This document shows positions 20,963 to 31,255 of a stretch of 64,000 bases of DNA, piece after piece; the stretch's first letter is position 1, and each line of letters begins with the position of its first letter. The position numbers were made by a program, and so were the translations under genes. Source of the DNA: Candidatus Kapaibacterium sp. (GTDB lineage: Bacteria > Bacteroidota > Ignavibacteria > Kapaibacteriales > UBA2268); NCBI GenBank assembly GCA_963664875.1, contig OY761611.1:1024001-1088000 (forward strand), read 5' to 3'. A model generated the notes under the pieces. That model worked only from the letters and a program-made list of their open reading frames with translations, did not search any database and was not told where the DNA came from.

Positions 20963-22081
20963 ATGCAAGCGAGAAAACCTAAAATCTTTATAGTTGACGA
21001 CATTATGAAAAACCTGCAGGTAATCGGTGGAATACTTATGGAGGAATCCTTTGATATTGCCATGGCTACTAACGGCACTCAGGCACTTAATATGGTGAAA
21101 AATATAATGCCTGATTTGATTCTTCTTGATGTAATGATGCCTGACATGAATGGATATCAGGTTTGCGAAAAACTGAAAAGCGATCCGGAATTGGCACATA
21201 TTCCTGTTATTTTTCTTACTGCCAAGTCTGACACCGAAGATATTATACAAGGTTTCAAAATCGGTGGCGTTGACTATATCACTAAGCCTTTCAAAAAAGA
21301 AGAGTTACTTGTAAGAATTAAAACGCATATAGATTTAAAATTTGCAACTGATACTATCCGAAGACAAAATGCAGAGTTGACCAAATTAAATGAAGAAAAA
21401 AACGAATTCCTTGGCATCGCTGCACACGACCTCAAAAATCCGCTTAGTGCGATCATGGGACTTTCAGAATTGATGCTAAGAGAAGACATGGAGTTTGGTA
21501 TCGATGATATGAAAGAATTTACAAATGATATCAATACTTCTGCCGTTCAAATGTTTCGATTGGTTACGGATTTGCTCGACGTAAATGCAATCGAACAGGG
21601 TAAGATAAATTTACTATTAGAAAATTTCCCTCTTGCCAACGTCGTGGAAGATTGTTACAAAAATTACCAAAAGCGTGCATCTGATAAATCAATTAACTTA
21701 ATCTTTGACAACCAAGTTGCTGATACAAACTGCTTTGCAGATTCTGCCAAAGTAGGCCAAGTAATAGACAATCTTGTATCCAATGCCATTAAGTTTTCTC
21801 CTTATGATAAAAATATTTACCTATCTGTTATTGACGGAGAAGAATACCTGATAGTAGAAGTTAAAGACGAAGGCCCGGGTATATCTGAAGAAGACCAAAA
21901 AAAGATGTTTACCAAATTTCAAAAACTCTCTGCAAGACCGACAGGAAACGAAAACTCTACCGGTTTAGGTTTATCAATAGTCAAAAGATTAGTCGAAGAA
22001 ATGAAAGGAACAATTGAAGTTAAATCAGAACTTGGCAAGGGTGCAGCATTTTTGCTGGCATTACCAAAAGCAAAAGATTAA
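20963..22081 (+). CDS. Response-regulator/histidine kinase hybrid (REC-HisKA-HATPase)
   Basis: LDVMMP, AAHDLKNPL, NAIKFS and STGLGL motifs. Confidence 0.93.
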   Translation: MQARKPKIFIVDDIMKNLQVIGGILMEESFDIAMATNGTQALNMVKNIMPDLILLDVMMPDMNGYQVCEKLKSDPELAHIPVIFLTAKSDTEDIIQGFKIGGVDYITKPFKKEELLVRIKTHIDLKFATDTIRRQNAELTKLNEEKNEFLGIAAHDLKNPLSAIMGLSELMLREDMEFGIDDMKEFTNDINTSAVQMFRLVTDLLDVNAIEQGKINLLLENFPLANVVEDCYKNYQKRASDKSINLIFDNQVADTNCFADSAKVGQVIDNLVSNAIKFSPYDKNIYLSVIDGEEYLIVEVKDEGPGISEEDQKKMFTKFQKLSARPTGNENSTGLGLSIVKRLVEEMKGTIEVKSELGKGAAFLLALPKAKD

Positions 22082-22299
22082 ATCTGACTTAGCTGCATAA
22101 TTTCTCGTGCCATACTTGTTTTGGAGTCTATAACTCGATTAACATTTAACCTGTGATATAATTTGATTGCATGCAGCTTTTATCTCTATATTTTACGATA
22201 TTCAATGTTTTGCACATCTGAAAAATTCAGATTATAATTAGCTTGCTTAGCTGTATATTTGCGAAAATACTAAACTCCAACTTATATTTTCGGACAAGC

Positions 22300-24453
22300 A
22301 TGAAAGTAGCGGTTATATATAATAAATCGGATATATCACAAGATGATGTAATCAATTTTTTCGGTATCAGAAACAGAGAATTTTACAGTAAAAAAATAGT
22401 TGAAAAGGTTACGGCTTCTCTCGAATCCGAAGGGCACAATGTAAGAATAATCGACGGCAATAAAGATGTCATTGCCAAATTGCAATCTTTCATGCCTAAG
22501 GTGATGCTTGGTGAATTTCCGGGCATGGTTTTCAACATGGCTTACGGCATACAAGGTCAAAGCAGATACACTCACATACCTGCCATGCTTGAAATGATGG
22601 GAGTACCTTACGTAGGCAGTGGACCTGCCGCTCATGGTATTGCCTTAGATAAAGTAATGACAAAAATCGTGTTCCAGAGATTTAATCTCCCGACACCTGA
22701 ATATACCGTTATCACCGGATATGATTACGAAATCGGGGACCTGAAGTTCCCTCTTATTGTCAAACCGCGTAGTGAATCAGTCTCCATGGGCATGAAAGTA
22801 GTCCAAAACGAAACTGAACTAAAAGAAGCGGTTGCCGAACTTCTTGACAATCATATTTCTGTGTTTGTAGAGCGTTTTATCCCGGGCAGAGAGTTCTGTG
22901 TAGGTCTCCTCGGTAATGAGCCTAATCTTGAGATATTGCCTGTCGTAGAAATTGGTTTAGATTCTCCTGAGGCTATACAAACTTACGATCACAAAATGAA
23001 AGCACCTATGGCAAAAATATGCCCGCCTGCTTTGTCTCCGGAAAAGATGAATGAAATCAGAGACTTATCCCGCAGAGCCTTTAATTCACTTGGATTATGT
23101 GACTACGCCCGTGTTGATTTCAGAATGGATGCTGATGGCAATTTTTATTTATTAGAAATCAATTCCATGGCATCGCTCGGTCTTTCAGGTTCCTTCTACC
23201 ATTCAGCAGTTGTTGCCGGTTACACTTACGAAGGTTTGATAAACAGGATACTTGAGCATGCTTCATTGAGATATTTCGGCTCCAGCTACCAACAGAATCC
23301 GGATATTATCGGAACAACAACAGACAACATCAAATCCAACAAAACAGCAAGAATCCGTAGCTATATACGTAGCCAGATGGGTACAGTCGAAGACCTCATA
23401 GATAAATTTGTAGCTGTAAGCTCAAATGCTTATAATTCGGAAGGTGTTAATTATCTTAACAAGAACATAGCAAAAATGCTAAATCAGTTAGGCTTCGAAA
23501 AACAAATATTCCCCCAAACAGAAGTCGGCGACATTTACTATTTTAAAAACCATAGTGAAGAAAATGACGATGTATTGCTTTTTGCACATAGCGACACAGT
23601 TTCCGATTATCGTAACCATCTAAGTATATACCACGAACAAAACAAAATATTTGGTTCAGGCATAGCAGAAAGCAAAGCCGGGCTTGCTATAATGATTACA
23701 GCACTTAGAACTCTCAAATTTACTAAAACACTAAAAAAATTGAAAATTGGTATCCTACTGATGAGCGATGACACCATCGGAGGTCATTTCAGCAGAGATA
23801 TAGTCAAAGAGCGAAGCACTAAAACAAAAAAAATAATCGGACTGAAAAACGGCACTCCAGAAGGTGCTTTCTATTCCTCTTGTTCCGGCAAGCTGAAATT
23901 TCGAATAGATTACTCTGTAATCGAAGACGGAAGCTCGCTACTTAGGCAATATGTCAACTTTTTGAATAAGATAAATAAATTACCCGAAACTATAGCGACA
24001 AGAGTGCGAATAGACAAATCAGACTATAATTACATATCAGAATCGAATATTTTTCAGTCAACTATCAAAGTAACATTATCTTTCGACTCTGTAGCTCTAA
24101 AAGAGCAAATAGAACAAAAAGTAAAAGAATTTGCAAAACCTAATGCAAATACTAATATAAAACACAATATCAAAAGACTTCTCAATCGCAAACCTTTAAC
24201 TTCAGAAAGCAGAAATGAAACTTTCTGCCTAAAAATAAACAACCTTGCAAAAAAATTAGAAGTTAATACAGCCGAAGCACATTTAAATATTTCGTCAAAT
24301 ATTTGTAATGTCATTCCTAATGTTCCGGCAATTGAAGGAATGGGTGCCTTAGGAGGTAATTTGAGGACAAGGAAAGAATTTATCTTGAAGGATAGCCTTT
24401 TGGATAGGACTGTGCTGCTAACTATGCTTTTAGACAGTTCTAGCGAAGAATAG
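22300..24453 (+). CDS. D-Ala-D-Ala-ligase-like ATP-grasp fused to an M20-family peptidase-like domain
   Basis: N-half: GVPYVGSG, LDKVMTK, PLIVKP, ERFIPGREF, ARVDFR, LEINS; C-half: HSDTV, GSGIAESKAG, IEGMG. Start taken at MKVAVIYN. Confidence 0.85.
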   Translation: MKVAVIYNKSDISQDDVINFFGIRNREFYSKKIVEKVTASLESEGHNVRIIDGNKDVIAKLQSFMPKVMLGEFPGMVFNMAYGIQGQSRYTHIPAMLEMMGVPYVGSGPAAHGIALDKVMTKIVFQRFNLPTPEYTVITGYDYEIGDLKFPLIVKPRSESVSMGMKVVQNETELKEAVAELLDNHISVFVERFIPGREFCVGLLGNEPNLEILPVVEIGLDSPEAIQTYDHKMKAPMAKICPPALSPEKMNEIRDLSRRAFNSLGLCDYARVDFRMDADGNFYLLEINSMASLGLSGSFYHSAVVAGYTYEGLINRILEHASLRYFGSSYQQNPDIIGTTTDNIKSNKTARIRSYIRSQMGTVEDLIDKFVAVSSNAYNSEGVNYLNKNIAKMLNQLGFEKQIFPQTEVGDIYYFKNHSEENDDVLLFAHSDTVSDYRNHLSIYHEQNKIFGSGIAESKAGLAIMITALRTLKFTKTLKKLKIGILLMSDDTIGGHFSRDIVKERSTKTKKIIGLKNGTPEGAFYSSCSGKLKFRIDYSVIEDGSSLLRQYVNFLNKINKLPETIATRVRIDKSDYNYISESNIFQSTIKVTLSFDSVALKEQIEQKVKEFAKPNANTNIKHNIKRLLNRKPLTSESRNETFCLKINNLAKKLEVNTAEAHLNISSNICNVIPNVPAIEGMGALGGNLRTRKEFILKDSLLDRTVLLTMLLDSSSEE

Positions 24454-24477
24454 CAACCCAAACTGCAAATTGTTATG

Positions 24478-24516
24478 AAAAAAGCAACTACCATTTATTT
24501 TGATAGTTGCTTTTTT
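24478..24516. terminator. Bidirectional intrinsic terminator
   Basis: AAAAAAGCAACTA ... TAGTTGCTTTTTT between the fusion gene and the tRNA. Confidence 0.8.
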
Positions 24517-24521
24517 GTTTG

Positions 24522-24596
24522 TGGGATCTACTGGAGTCGAACCAGCGACCTCTACCGTGTCAAGGTAGCGCTCTAGACCAACTGAGCTAAGACCCC
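24522..24596 (-). tRNA. tRNA-Val (GAC)
   Basis: Cloverleaf GGGGTCT/AGATCCC acceptor, GCTC/GAGC D-stem, CTACC-TTGACAC-GGTAG anticodon arm and GGTTCGACTCC T-arm; CCA not encoded. Confidence 0.97.
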
Positions 24597-24645
24597 TAAA
24601 AATACAGGGAAGAGAATTCACATAATCTTCCCTGCAAATATAATA

Positions 24646-25206
24646 TTAATCCATCAATTCTTTCTCTTTTTTTGCAAGAGCTTCATCGATTTTTTTGATG
24701 TAATCATCAGTATATTTTTGCACTTCAGTTTCGCCGCGTTTTCTGTCGTCTTCAGTAACTTCTTTGGATTTTTCTAATTTTTTCAAATCATCCATAGCTT
24801 CTCTTCTGATATTTCTGATTGCAATTTTGCCGTCTTCAGCATATTTCTTGCAAACTTTGACGTACTCTTTGCGTCTTTCTTCAGTGAGTGGCGGCACAGG
24901 GATTCGGATAATATTACCGTCATTCTGAGGGTTAAATCCTAAATCAGCAGATTGTATAGCTTTTTCTATATCTGAAATCTGACCGCGGTCAAACGGTTGA
25001 ATCACAATAGTTCTTGCATCAGGAGTAGAGATAGTTGCAGCTTGAGACAATGGAGCTTGAGAACCGTAATAATCAATTTTAATACCATCAACAAGCGAAG
25101 CAGAAGCTCTTCCTGTACGAACTTTACTCATCTGAGATGAAGTAAACTCTAAAGATTTTACCATTTGATCTTTAGTTCTGTCATATAATTTTTGTAAAGG
25201 CATCAC
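24646..25206 (-). CDS. frr: Ribosome recycling factor
   Basis: VRTGRAS, PPLTEERRKE and AIRNIRR motifs. Confidence 0.97.
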   Translation of the reverse strand: MMPLQKLYDRTKDQMVKSLEFTSSQMSKVRTGRASASLVDGIKIDYYGSQAPLSQAATISTPDARTIVIQPFDRGQISDIEKAIQSADLGFNPQNDGNIIRIPVPPLTEERRKEYVKVCKKYAEDGKIAIRNIRREAMDDLKKLEKSKEVTEDDRKRGETEVQKYTDDYIKKIDEALAKKEKELMD

Positions 25207-25934
25207 TAATCCTGTTTGATATTTTTAACAGTTGTACCTATTTCTTCACCCATGATAAGGCGTTTGAAGTTGCCCTTATCATTGATATTGAAAACCTTAA
25301 TAGGAAGATGGTTTTCGTTGCAGAGAGTAATAGCCGTATGGTCCATAACTCTCAAATTTTGTGCAAGCACTTCTCTGTAAGAAATTGTATCAAATTTTAC
25401 AGCATCGGGATTTTTCTCAGGGTCAGAGTCATAGACTCCGTCAACTTTAGTCCCTTTGATTATCACTTCAGCTTCAATTTCGATAGCACGAAGCACTGCA
25501 GCAGTATCAGTAGTAAAATATGGATTACCAGTACCGGCACCGAAAAGCACAACACGATTTTTTTCAAGGTGTCTGATAGCTCTTCTTCTTATCATAGGTT
25601 CAGCGATTTGTTCCATCTTAATTGCAGTTTGAAGCCTTGTAGGCACATTAAGAGCCTCAAGAGCATTCTGGAAAGCAATACAGTTGATAACAGTCGCAAG
25701 CATTCCCATGTGGTCGCCGGAAACTTTATGTATCCCGTGAGCAGCGGCTTGAATACCTCTAAAGATGTTCCCGCCGCCAATCACAATACCAATCTGTACA
25801 CCTAAACTGTGAACTTCAGCGATTTCAGCTGCAAAAGATTGCAAAGTAACCGGATCAATACCAAAATGTTGGTCGCCCATTAGGGCTTCCCCACTTAATT
25901 TCAGAAGTACTCTTTTAATTTTAGGTGTATCCAT
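25206..25934 (-). CDS. pyrH: UMP kinase
   Basis: [15 protein letters not shown] and GNPYFTTD motifs. Confidence 0.97.
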   Translation of the reverse strand: MDTPKIKRVLLKLSGEALMGDQHFGIDPVTLQSFAAEIAEVHSLGVQIGIVIGGGNIFRGIQAAAHGIHKVSGDHMGMLATVINCIAFQNALEALNVPTRLQTAIKMEQIAEPMIRRRAIRHLEKNRVVLFGAGTGNPYFTTDTAAVLRAIEIEAEVIIKGTKVDGVYDSDPEKNPDAVKFDTISYREVLAQNLRVMDHTAITLCNENHLPIKVFNINDKGNFKRLIMGEEIGTTVKNIKQD

Positions 25935-25969
25935 TTTATATTCTTCTTTTATAATTTTCAAAATTACTA

Positions 25970-26824
25970 TTAACCGCCGATAGCAACGCGAACAAATTGT
26001 TTAACGTTGATTTCTTTGCCGCTAAGTTTCGCAATGTCAGCAACAACGTCTTTGATTTTTTTCTTAGGATCTTTTACAAAGTCCATTTCTACAAGACAGT
26101 TTTCTTCGTAGAATTTGTTCATTTTACCTTCTGCAATTCTTGCAGCGATTTCAGCAGGTTTGCCGGAATCAATAGCACTTTGAGTATAAATTTCTTTTTC
26201 TTTAGCTAAAGTTACTTCATCAACTTCAGAAGTGTGGCTAAATCTTGGATTCATTGCAGCTACCTGCATAGCAATATCTTTTACTAAAGATTTAGCATCA
26301 TCATTCAAGCCATCAGCAGTCATCTCAACCATAACACCTAATTTGGCGCCACCGTGGATATAAGTGCCTACATAGCCTTCGGAAGAGATAATTTGCAATT
26401 CAGCAATTTCGATTTTTTCAGAGAATTTGGCTAAAATATCTTTGTGCAAGTCTTCAATCAAAGTACCGTCAACACTGATTTTCATAAGCTCTTCAGCATT
26501 AGCAGGTTTGTTAGCAAGAGCAGCAGAAGCGATAATTTCAGCAAATTCTACGAAATCTTTGTTCATAGCAACAAAGTCAGTTTCGCAGCTAACCAAAACC
26601 ATAGCAGCTGTTTTGTTGTCATCAGAAGTTTTAGTGCAAACAACACCTTCCGAAGCAGTTCTGTCAGCTCTTTTAGCAGCAGCAGCAGCACCTTTTTTAC
26701 GAAGATACTCGATAGCAGCCTGCATGTCGCCATCAGATTCAACTAAAGCTTTTTTACAGTCCGCCATGCCGGCGCCTGTTTTATCTCTAAGTTCTTTCAC
26801 AGCTTGAGGAGTAATTTGAGCCAT
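25970..26824 (-). CDS. tsf: Elongation factor Ts
   Basis: [19 protein letters not shown] and CETDFVA motifs. Confidence 0.97.
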   Translation of the reverse strand: MAQITPQAVKELRDKTGAGMADCKKALVESDGDMQAAIEYLRKKGAAAAAKRADRTASEGVVCTKTSDDNKTAAMVLVSCETDFVAMNKDFVEFAEIIASAALANKPANAEELMKISVDGTLIEDLHKDILAKFSEKIEIAELQIISSEGYVGTYIHGGAKLGVMVEMTADGLNDDAKSLVKDIAMQVAAMNPRFSHTSEVDEVTLAKEKEIYTQSAIDSGKPAEIAARIAEGKMNKFYEENCLVEMDFVKDPKKKIKDVVADIAKLSGKEINVKQFVRVAIGG

Positions 26825-26868
26825 TTTAATATCTCTATATATTATTTACAAAATTAATTTAGGTAATC

Positions 26869-26905
26869 AAAAAAATCTGCAAGTAAGAAAACCTACTTGC
26901 AGATT
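26869..26905 (-). terminator. Terminator/attenuator between rpsB and tsf
   Basis: AATCTGCAAGTA ... TACTTGCAGATT with a U-tract on the minus strand. Confidence 0.65.
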
Positions 26906-26914
26906 CTTTGTTTA

Positions 26915-27781
26915 TTAGTCTTCCATAGAATCAGCAGCTTGAGGTTCTGCGTTGTTAGCATCATCCGACATGTCGTCGTTTTTGTTTTTACGACCTCTCA
27001 TGCGGGATTTTACTTTAGGACCATTTTCGCCTCTGCCGTCATTTTCTTTGCTCATTTGCTCGCTTGAAGCGGCAAGTTCAGCCTGACGAACTTTAGCGAT
27101 TTCAGATCCTTCTTTAATAGCGTCAGCCAAAATTGAAGAAATGAGTTCAATAGTTTTTACTGAATCATCATTTGCCGGAATAGGATAATCGACTTCTTCA
27201 GGATCAGTATTAGTATCAACTATAGCGAAAACTGGGATACCTAAGATTTTAGCTTCTTTGATTGCAAGGTGTTCTTTTTTGATATCAACAACAAAAATTG
27301 CACCCGGTAATCTTGTCATATCTTCGATACCGCCAAAAACTTTGCGAAGTCTGTCTCTTTCGCGTCCAAGTAGTAATCTTTCTTTTTTAGTAACTTTTTC
27401 AAACGTACCATCTACTTCCATTTTGTCAATAGCAGTAAGACGTTTGATTGATTTGCGGATAGTTTGGAAGTTAGTAAGCATACCACCCAACCAGCGTTCG
27501 CAAACATAGTTGATGCCTATGTTGTTTGAAACTTCTTCGATTATGCCTTTTGCCTGCACTTTTGTACCGACAAACATAATTGTTTTGCCTTTACGAGCGA
27601 TATCATTCATCGCTTCGCGTGCATAATTCAAAAGAATTTGCGTTTTACGAAGGTCGATGATATGGATGTTGTTTCTTTCAGCGAAGATAAATGGTTGCAT
27701 CTTCGGATTCCAACGGCGAGTCAAGTGCCCAAAATGTGCACCTGCTTCTAACAGTTGTTCTATTTCAACATAATTTTTCAT
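26915..27781 (-). CDS. rpsB: 30S ribosomal protein S2
   Basis: [20 protein letters not shown] and IPANDD motifs. Confidence 0.98.
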   Translation of the reverse strand: MKNYVEIEQLLEAGAHFGHLTRRWNPKMQPFIFAERNNIHIIDLRKTQILLNYAREAMNDIARKGKTIMFVGTKVQAKGIIEEVSNNIGINYVCERWLGGMLTNFQTIRKSIKRLTAIDKMEVDGTFEKVTKKERLLLGRERDRLRKVFGGIEDMTRLPGAIFVVDIKKEHLAIKEAKILGIPVFAIVDTNTDPEEVDYPIPANDDSVKTIELISSILADAIKEGSEIAKVRQAELAASSEQMSKENDGRGENGPKVKSRMRGRKNKNDDMSDDANNAEPQAADSMED

Positions 27782-27789
27782 TATATTCT

Positions 27790-27900
27790 CCTAATTTAAA
27801 AAGTGTTTAGCTTCTGTTTTGGTCAGCTTGCCCGTCGAACATTCATATCCGCAGATAAATGCAACACCGGGGCAATCGCAAAACATGATCTGTAACAAAA
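27790..27900 (-). promoter_or_regulatory. Structured rpsB leader (putative S2 autoregulatory RNA)
   Basis: Nested complementary arms TGTTTTG/CAAAACA and TTGCCC/GGGCAA in the rpsI-rpsB spacer. Confidence 0.45.
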
Positions 27901-27907
27901 ATAAATA

Positions 27908-28297
27908 TTAACGTTTTGAGAACTGGAAGCGTTTACGGGCTTTTTTCTGTCCGTATTTTTTACGTTCTACCATTCTCGGGTCACGAGTAAGCATACCTGC
28001 TTGGCGTAATTTCGGACGTAATTCTTCGTCTGATTCTACCAAACAGCGTGCGATACCAAGCTGAATAGCTCCGGTTTGACCGCTTTTACCGCCGCCTTTG
28101 ACTATAACAAAGATGTCAAAATTGCCGTTGGTTTTTGTTACTTCCATTGGACGGATCGCGTTGTTTCTCCAAACTTCTACAGGTAGATAATCGTGCAATT
28201 CACGATCATTGATAGAAACTTTTCCACTACCCGGAGAAACCAAACGAACTTGAGCAACAGCGTCTTTCCTTCTTCCGACTGCTCTGTAAACTTTCAT
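27908..28297 (-). CDS. rpsI: 30S ribosomal protein S9
   Basis: GRRK, GGGKSGQ and ERKKYGQKKARKRFQFSKR. Confidence 0.98.
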   Translation of the reverse strand: MKVYRAVGRRKDAVAQVRLVSPGSGKVSINDRELHDYLPVEVWRNNAIRPMEVTKTNGNFDIFVIVKGGGKSGQTGAIQLGIARCLVESDEELRPKLRQAGMLTRDPRMVERKKYGQKKARKRFQFSKR

Positions 28298-28316
28298 TTA
28301 AATCTCCAAATACTAA

Positions 28317-28763
28317 TTATTTAACCTCAAATACTTTTGGCTGCTGAGCCACGTGCGGATGTTCACTTCCGGTATATACTTTCAATTTTCTAAAGATTTG
28401 TCTGCCTAAGCGGTTTTTTGGAAGCATACCTTTGATTGCATGTTCCATTACCAACTCAGGATGAGTTATCAATAGTTCTTTAAAAGATTTGATTTTTACA
28501 CCACCAGGATAGCCGGTATGTTTGAAATATTCTTTCATTTCGGCTCTTTTACCTTGCAATACCACTTTTTCTGCGTTTGTGATTACTACAAAGTCTCCTG
28601 TGTCAATGTGTGGAGTAAACCACGGTTTGTGTTTTCCGCGTAGAAGACTTGCAACTTGTGTCGCAAGACGTCCTACTGTAAGACCGGTAGCATCAATTAC
28701 CCACCAGTCTCTTTGTACGTCTTCTTTACGCACTGATTTTGTAAATTTGGCTGACGTTTCCAC
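28317..28763 (-). CDS. rplM: 50S ribosomal protein L13
   Basis: WWVIDA, GKHKP..TPH.DTGD and GMLPKN motifs. Confidence 0.98.
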   Translation of the reverse strand: METSAKFTKSVRKEDVQRDWWVIDATGLTVGRLATQVASLLRGKHKPWFTPHIDTGDFVVITNAEKVVLQGKRAEMKEYFKHTGYPGGVKIKSFKELLITHPELVMEHAIKGMLPKNRLGRQIFRKLKVYTGSEHPHVAQQPKVFEVK

Positions 28764-28863
28764 TTACAACTCCTAATATTGTATTAATGGATTGATACTA
28801 AATACAGATTACAAAAATACCAATTACTTCTATCTTTGCCAAATATTTAGCAAAAAAACTTTA

Positions 28864-30759
28864 CTAACTTGTCCTGCCGAACCTTTTGTCCAACTCTTTT
28901 AGCGTGAAATCAAGTATCACAGGGCGTCCGTGCGGGCATACATAAGGCATATCGCACTTAAGTATATCATTTGCAAGTGCTTTCATTTCTGCTATAGATA
29001 GTTTTTTGCCTGTTTTTATTGCAGATTTGCAGCTAAATGAAGCTGCTATATTCTCTCTTTTTTCTGTATGTTTTATTTTTTGATTTTCTTCGTATTCTGT
29101 GATTATTTCCATCAAGGCACTCTCCTCGCTACCATTAGATATATCTGTCGGTATTGCCTTAAGGATTATTTTGTTGCCTTCCTGTTCGAAATCAAACCCT
29201 ATATCATAAAGCTCTGCTCTTATCTCTTCCAGCAAAGCTTTCTGGGATACTGATACATTTATTGCAACCGGGAAAAGCAATGTTTGCGAACTACGAAACT
29301 CTTTATTCATCATTTTTATTGCTTTTTCGAACAACACTCTTTCGTGAGCATTATGCTGGTCTATAATTAGCATTCCTTTTTCGGTTTGCATCAGTATATA
29401 CTTATTATGTAGCTGCCAATAGCTGATTGAACTATCATCACCCATAGAGCCGTTTATCGAATTTATCGGAGCCGCAACTTTTCGCCTGTCCGGATTGAAT
29501 AGCATATCAAAAGCACTCACCTCGCTATTTACTTCTTCTTTGGGAGCGCTAATGCCATCAAATAATCTATCGCTTCCTTTGGGATAATCTTTGGGATTGT
29601 ACTTTTCCGTGAAGTTTTGCTGCCTCATCTCAAATTGCCTTACAGGAGTCTGCTCTATCAGCTCTCCCGTAATTTTATTTACGATGAAAGAATCACCGCT
29701 TTGGTCATCAGAGCTAAGCTCAAAAGGGCTATTGACCTGATGTCTGATTAGTTCAATAGCAGGAGTCAAATCATATTCCTGCAATCCCATTGTTACTGCT
29801 TTTCGTAGTGTATTATAAATAAGTCTTTCGTCTTCGAATTTGACTTCATGTTTTTGCGGATGCACATTTATATCTATCTGCTCAGGGTCTATTTCTAAAT
29901 TTAAAATAAAAAGAGGTTTATGGTTCTTTTCCAATAGATGCTCAAATGATGCAAATATAGCATGAGAAAGTGACTTGCTTTGGATAGCTCTGCCGTTCAA
30001 AAATAAATGCTGACCCGAACTCGAATTCCTTGCAAGGTGAGGCTGACCAACATATCCCCATATTTTTATAAATTCGTTTTCAAAATTAACCTTAATCAGC
30101 GAGCCGGCTACAGTATTTCCTAAAAGATGCGCTATACGCTCTTCCAAACCTGATGGATGAACATCAAATATAAGATTGTCTCCATCGTAGAATGTAAATC
30201 TTAAATTGGGATGTGATAGTGCAAATTTCATCATAGTATCTGAGATATACCTAAACTCTGTGATGTTTGCTTTTAAAAATTTCCTTCTGGCAGGAACATT
30301 GTAAAACAAATTCCTGACAAATATCTGTGTACCTTTGTCTGTGTTTTCAGGAGTAATTTGTTCTTCTTTATTAGGCTCTGCTACTAATTTCCAGCCTAAC
30401 TTCTCCCCTTCTTGTTTTGTTCGTATTTCTAACTGAGCGACTGCACTAATAGATGCCAATGCTTCCCCTCTGAAACCAAAGGACATAATTCTTTCGAGGT
30501 CTTCTTGAGTCGAGATTTTGCTGGTAGCATGCCTTTTTACAGACATTTTCAAGTCATCGCGAGACATCCCTTTGCCGTTATCTACTATATGTATCAATTG
30601 CTTGCCGGAATTTTTCACAACAACTGCCACATGCCCCGCCCCGGCATCAATGGAGTTTTCGACCAACTCTTTTACCACTGATTCAGGTCTTTGGACTACC
30701 TCGCCGGCTGCTATTTGGTTAGCTAAAAATTCCGGAAGTAATTTTATTTCGTTTGCCAT
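28864..30759 (-). CDS. mutL: DNA mismatch repair endonuclease MutL
   Basis: NQIAAGEVV, GFRGEAL, DQHNAHER and CPHGRP motifs; start at MANEIK. Confidence 0.96.
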   Translation of the reverse strand: MANEIKLLPEFLANQIAAGEVVQRPESVVKELVENSIDAGAGHVAVVVKNSGKQLIHIVDNGKGMSRDDLKMSVKRHATSKISTQEDLERIMSFGFRGEALASISAVAQLEIRTKQEGEKLGWKLVAEPNKEEQITPENTDKGTQIFVRNLFYNVPARRKFLKANITEFRYISDTMMKFALSHPNLRFTFYDGDNLIFDVHPSGLEERIAHLLGNTVAGSLIKVNFENEFIKIWGYVGQPHLARNSSSGQHLFLNGRAIQSKSLSHAIFASFEHLLEKNHKPLFILNLEIDPEQIDINVHPQKHEVKFEDERLIYNTLRKAVTMGLQEYDLTPAIELIRHQVNSPFELSSDDQSGDSFIVNKITGELIEQTPVRQFEMRQQNFTEKYNPKDYPKGSDRLFDGISAPKEEVNSEVSAFDMLFNPDRRKVAAPINSINGSMGDDSSISYWQLHNKYILMQTEKGMLIIDQHNAHERVLFEKAIKMMNKEFRSSQTLLFPVAINVSVSQKALLEEIRAELYDIGFDFEQEGNKIILKAIPTDISNGSEESALMEIITEYEENQKIKHTEKRENIAASFSCKSAIKTGKKLSIAEMKALANDILKCDMPYVCPHGRPVILDFTLKELDKRFGRTS

Positions 30760-30865
30760 ATATCTAAATTTAAAGTTTATCAAATCCAAGATAATAATTA
30801 TATTCTTTTTGTCGCAAATTGTCAAACCTCATTTTGTATTGTTGATAACTTTTAAGGACTTTATT

Positions 30866-31117
30866 ATGGAATTGACAGATCTTCCGAATATTTCTAAAGT
30901 ACTTAGCTCCCAGTTAAAAGAAATTGGCATTGAAACAGCAGAACAGTTTATTGAAATAGGAACAGAAAAAGTAATTTTAAAACTTACCAGTGCAGGTATA
31001 GATGTTTGCATCAATAAAGCGTATGCTATAGAAGGTGCAATGCAGGGAATCCGGTGGCACGGATTAAGTAAAGAAGATAAGGCAGTGGTAAAAGAGATAT
31101 TGGGAAAATGTAAGTAA
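30866..31117 (+). CDS. TfoX/Sxy C-terminal domain protein
   Basis: LTDLPNISK...L..IGI...YAIEGAMQGIRW; RBS AAGGA before ATG 30866. Confidence 0.8.
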   Translation: MELTDLPNISKVLSSQLKEIGIETAEQFIEIGTEKVILKLTSAGIDVCINKAYAIEGAMQGIRWHGLSKEDKAVVKEILGKCK

Positions 31118-31255
31118 ATTCCAATTTATTTATAATTATATTTTGTATAAGAACATAAAGTATTTATATTACATTTTTAATTAGTATTTGTTATAAATAT
31201 ACAATACTTGTTATTGCAATTAATAGTTGTGTTCTTCAAATTCAAAAGAATAATC

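Noticed and set aside
18824-24596. Genomic island integrated at tRNA-Val
   Set aside because: No integrase and no duplicated tRNA 3' end seen
24430-24621. 63-aa ORF
   Set aside because: It is a translation of the tRNA-Val gene and its terminator
30518-30865. N-terminal extension of the TfoX-C ORF
   Set aside because: Antisense to mutL; the real start with RBS is at 30866
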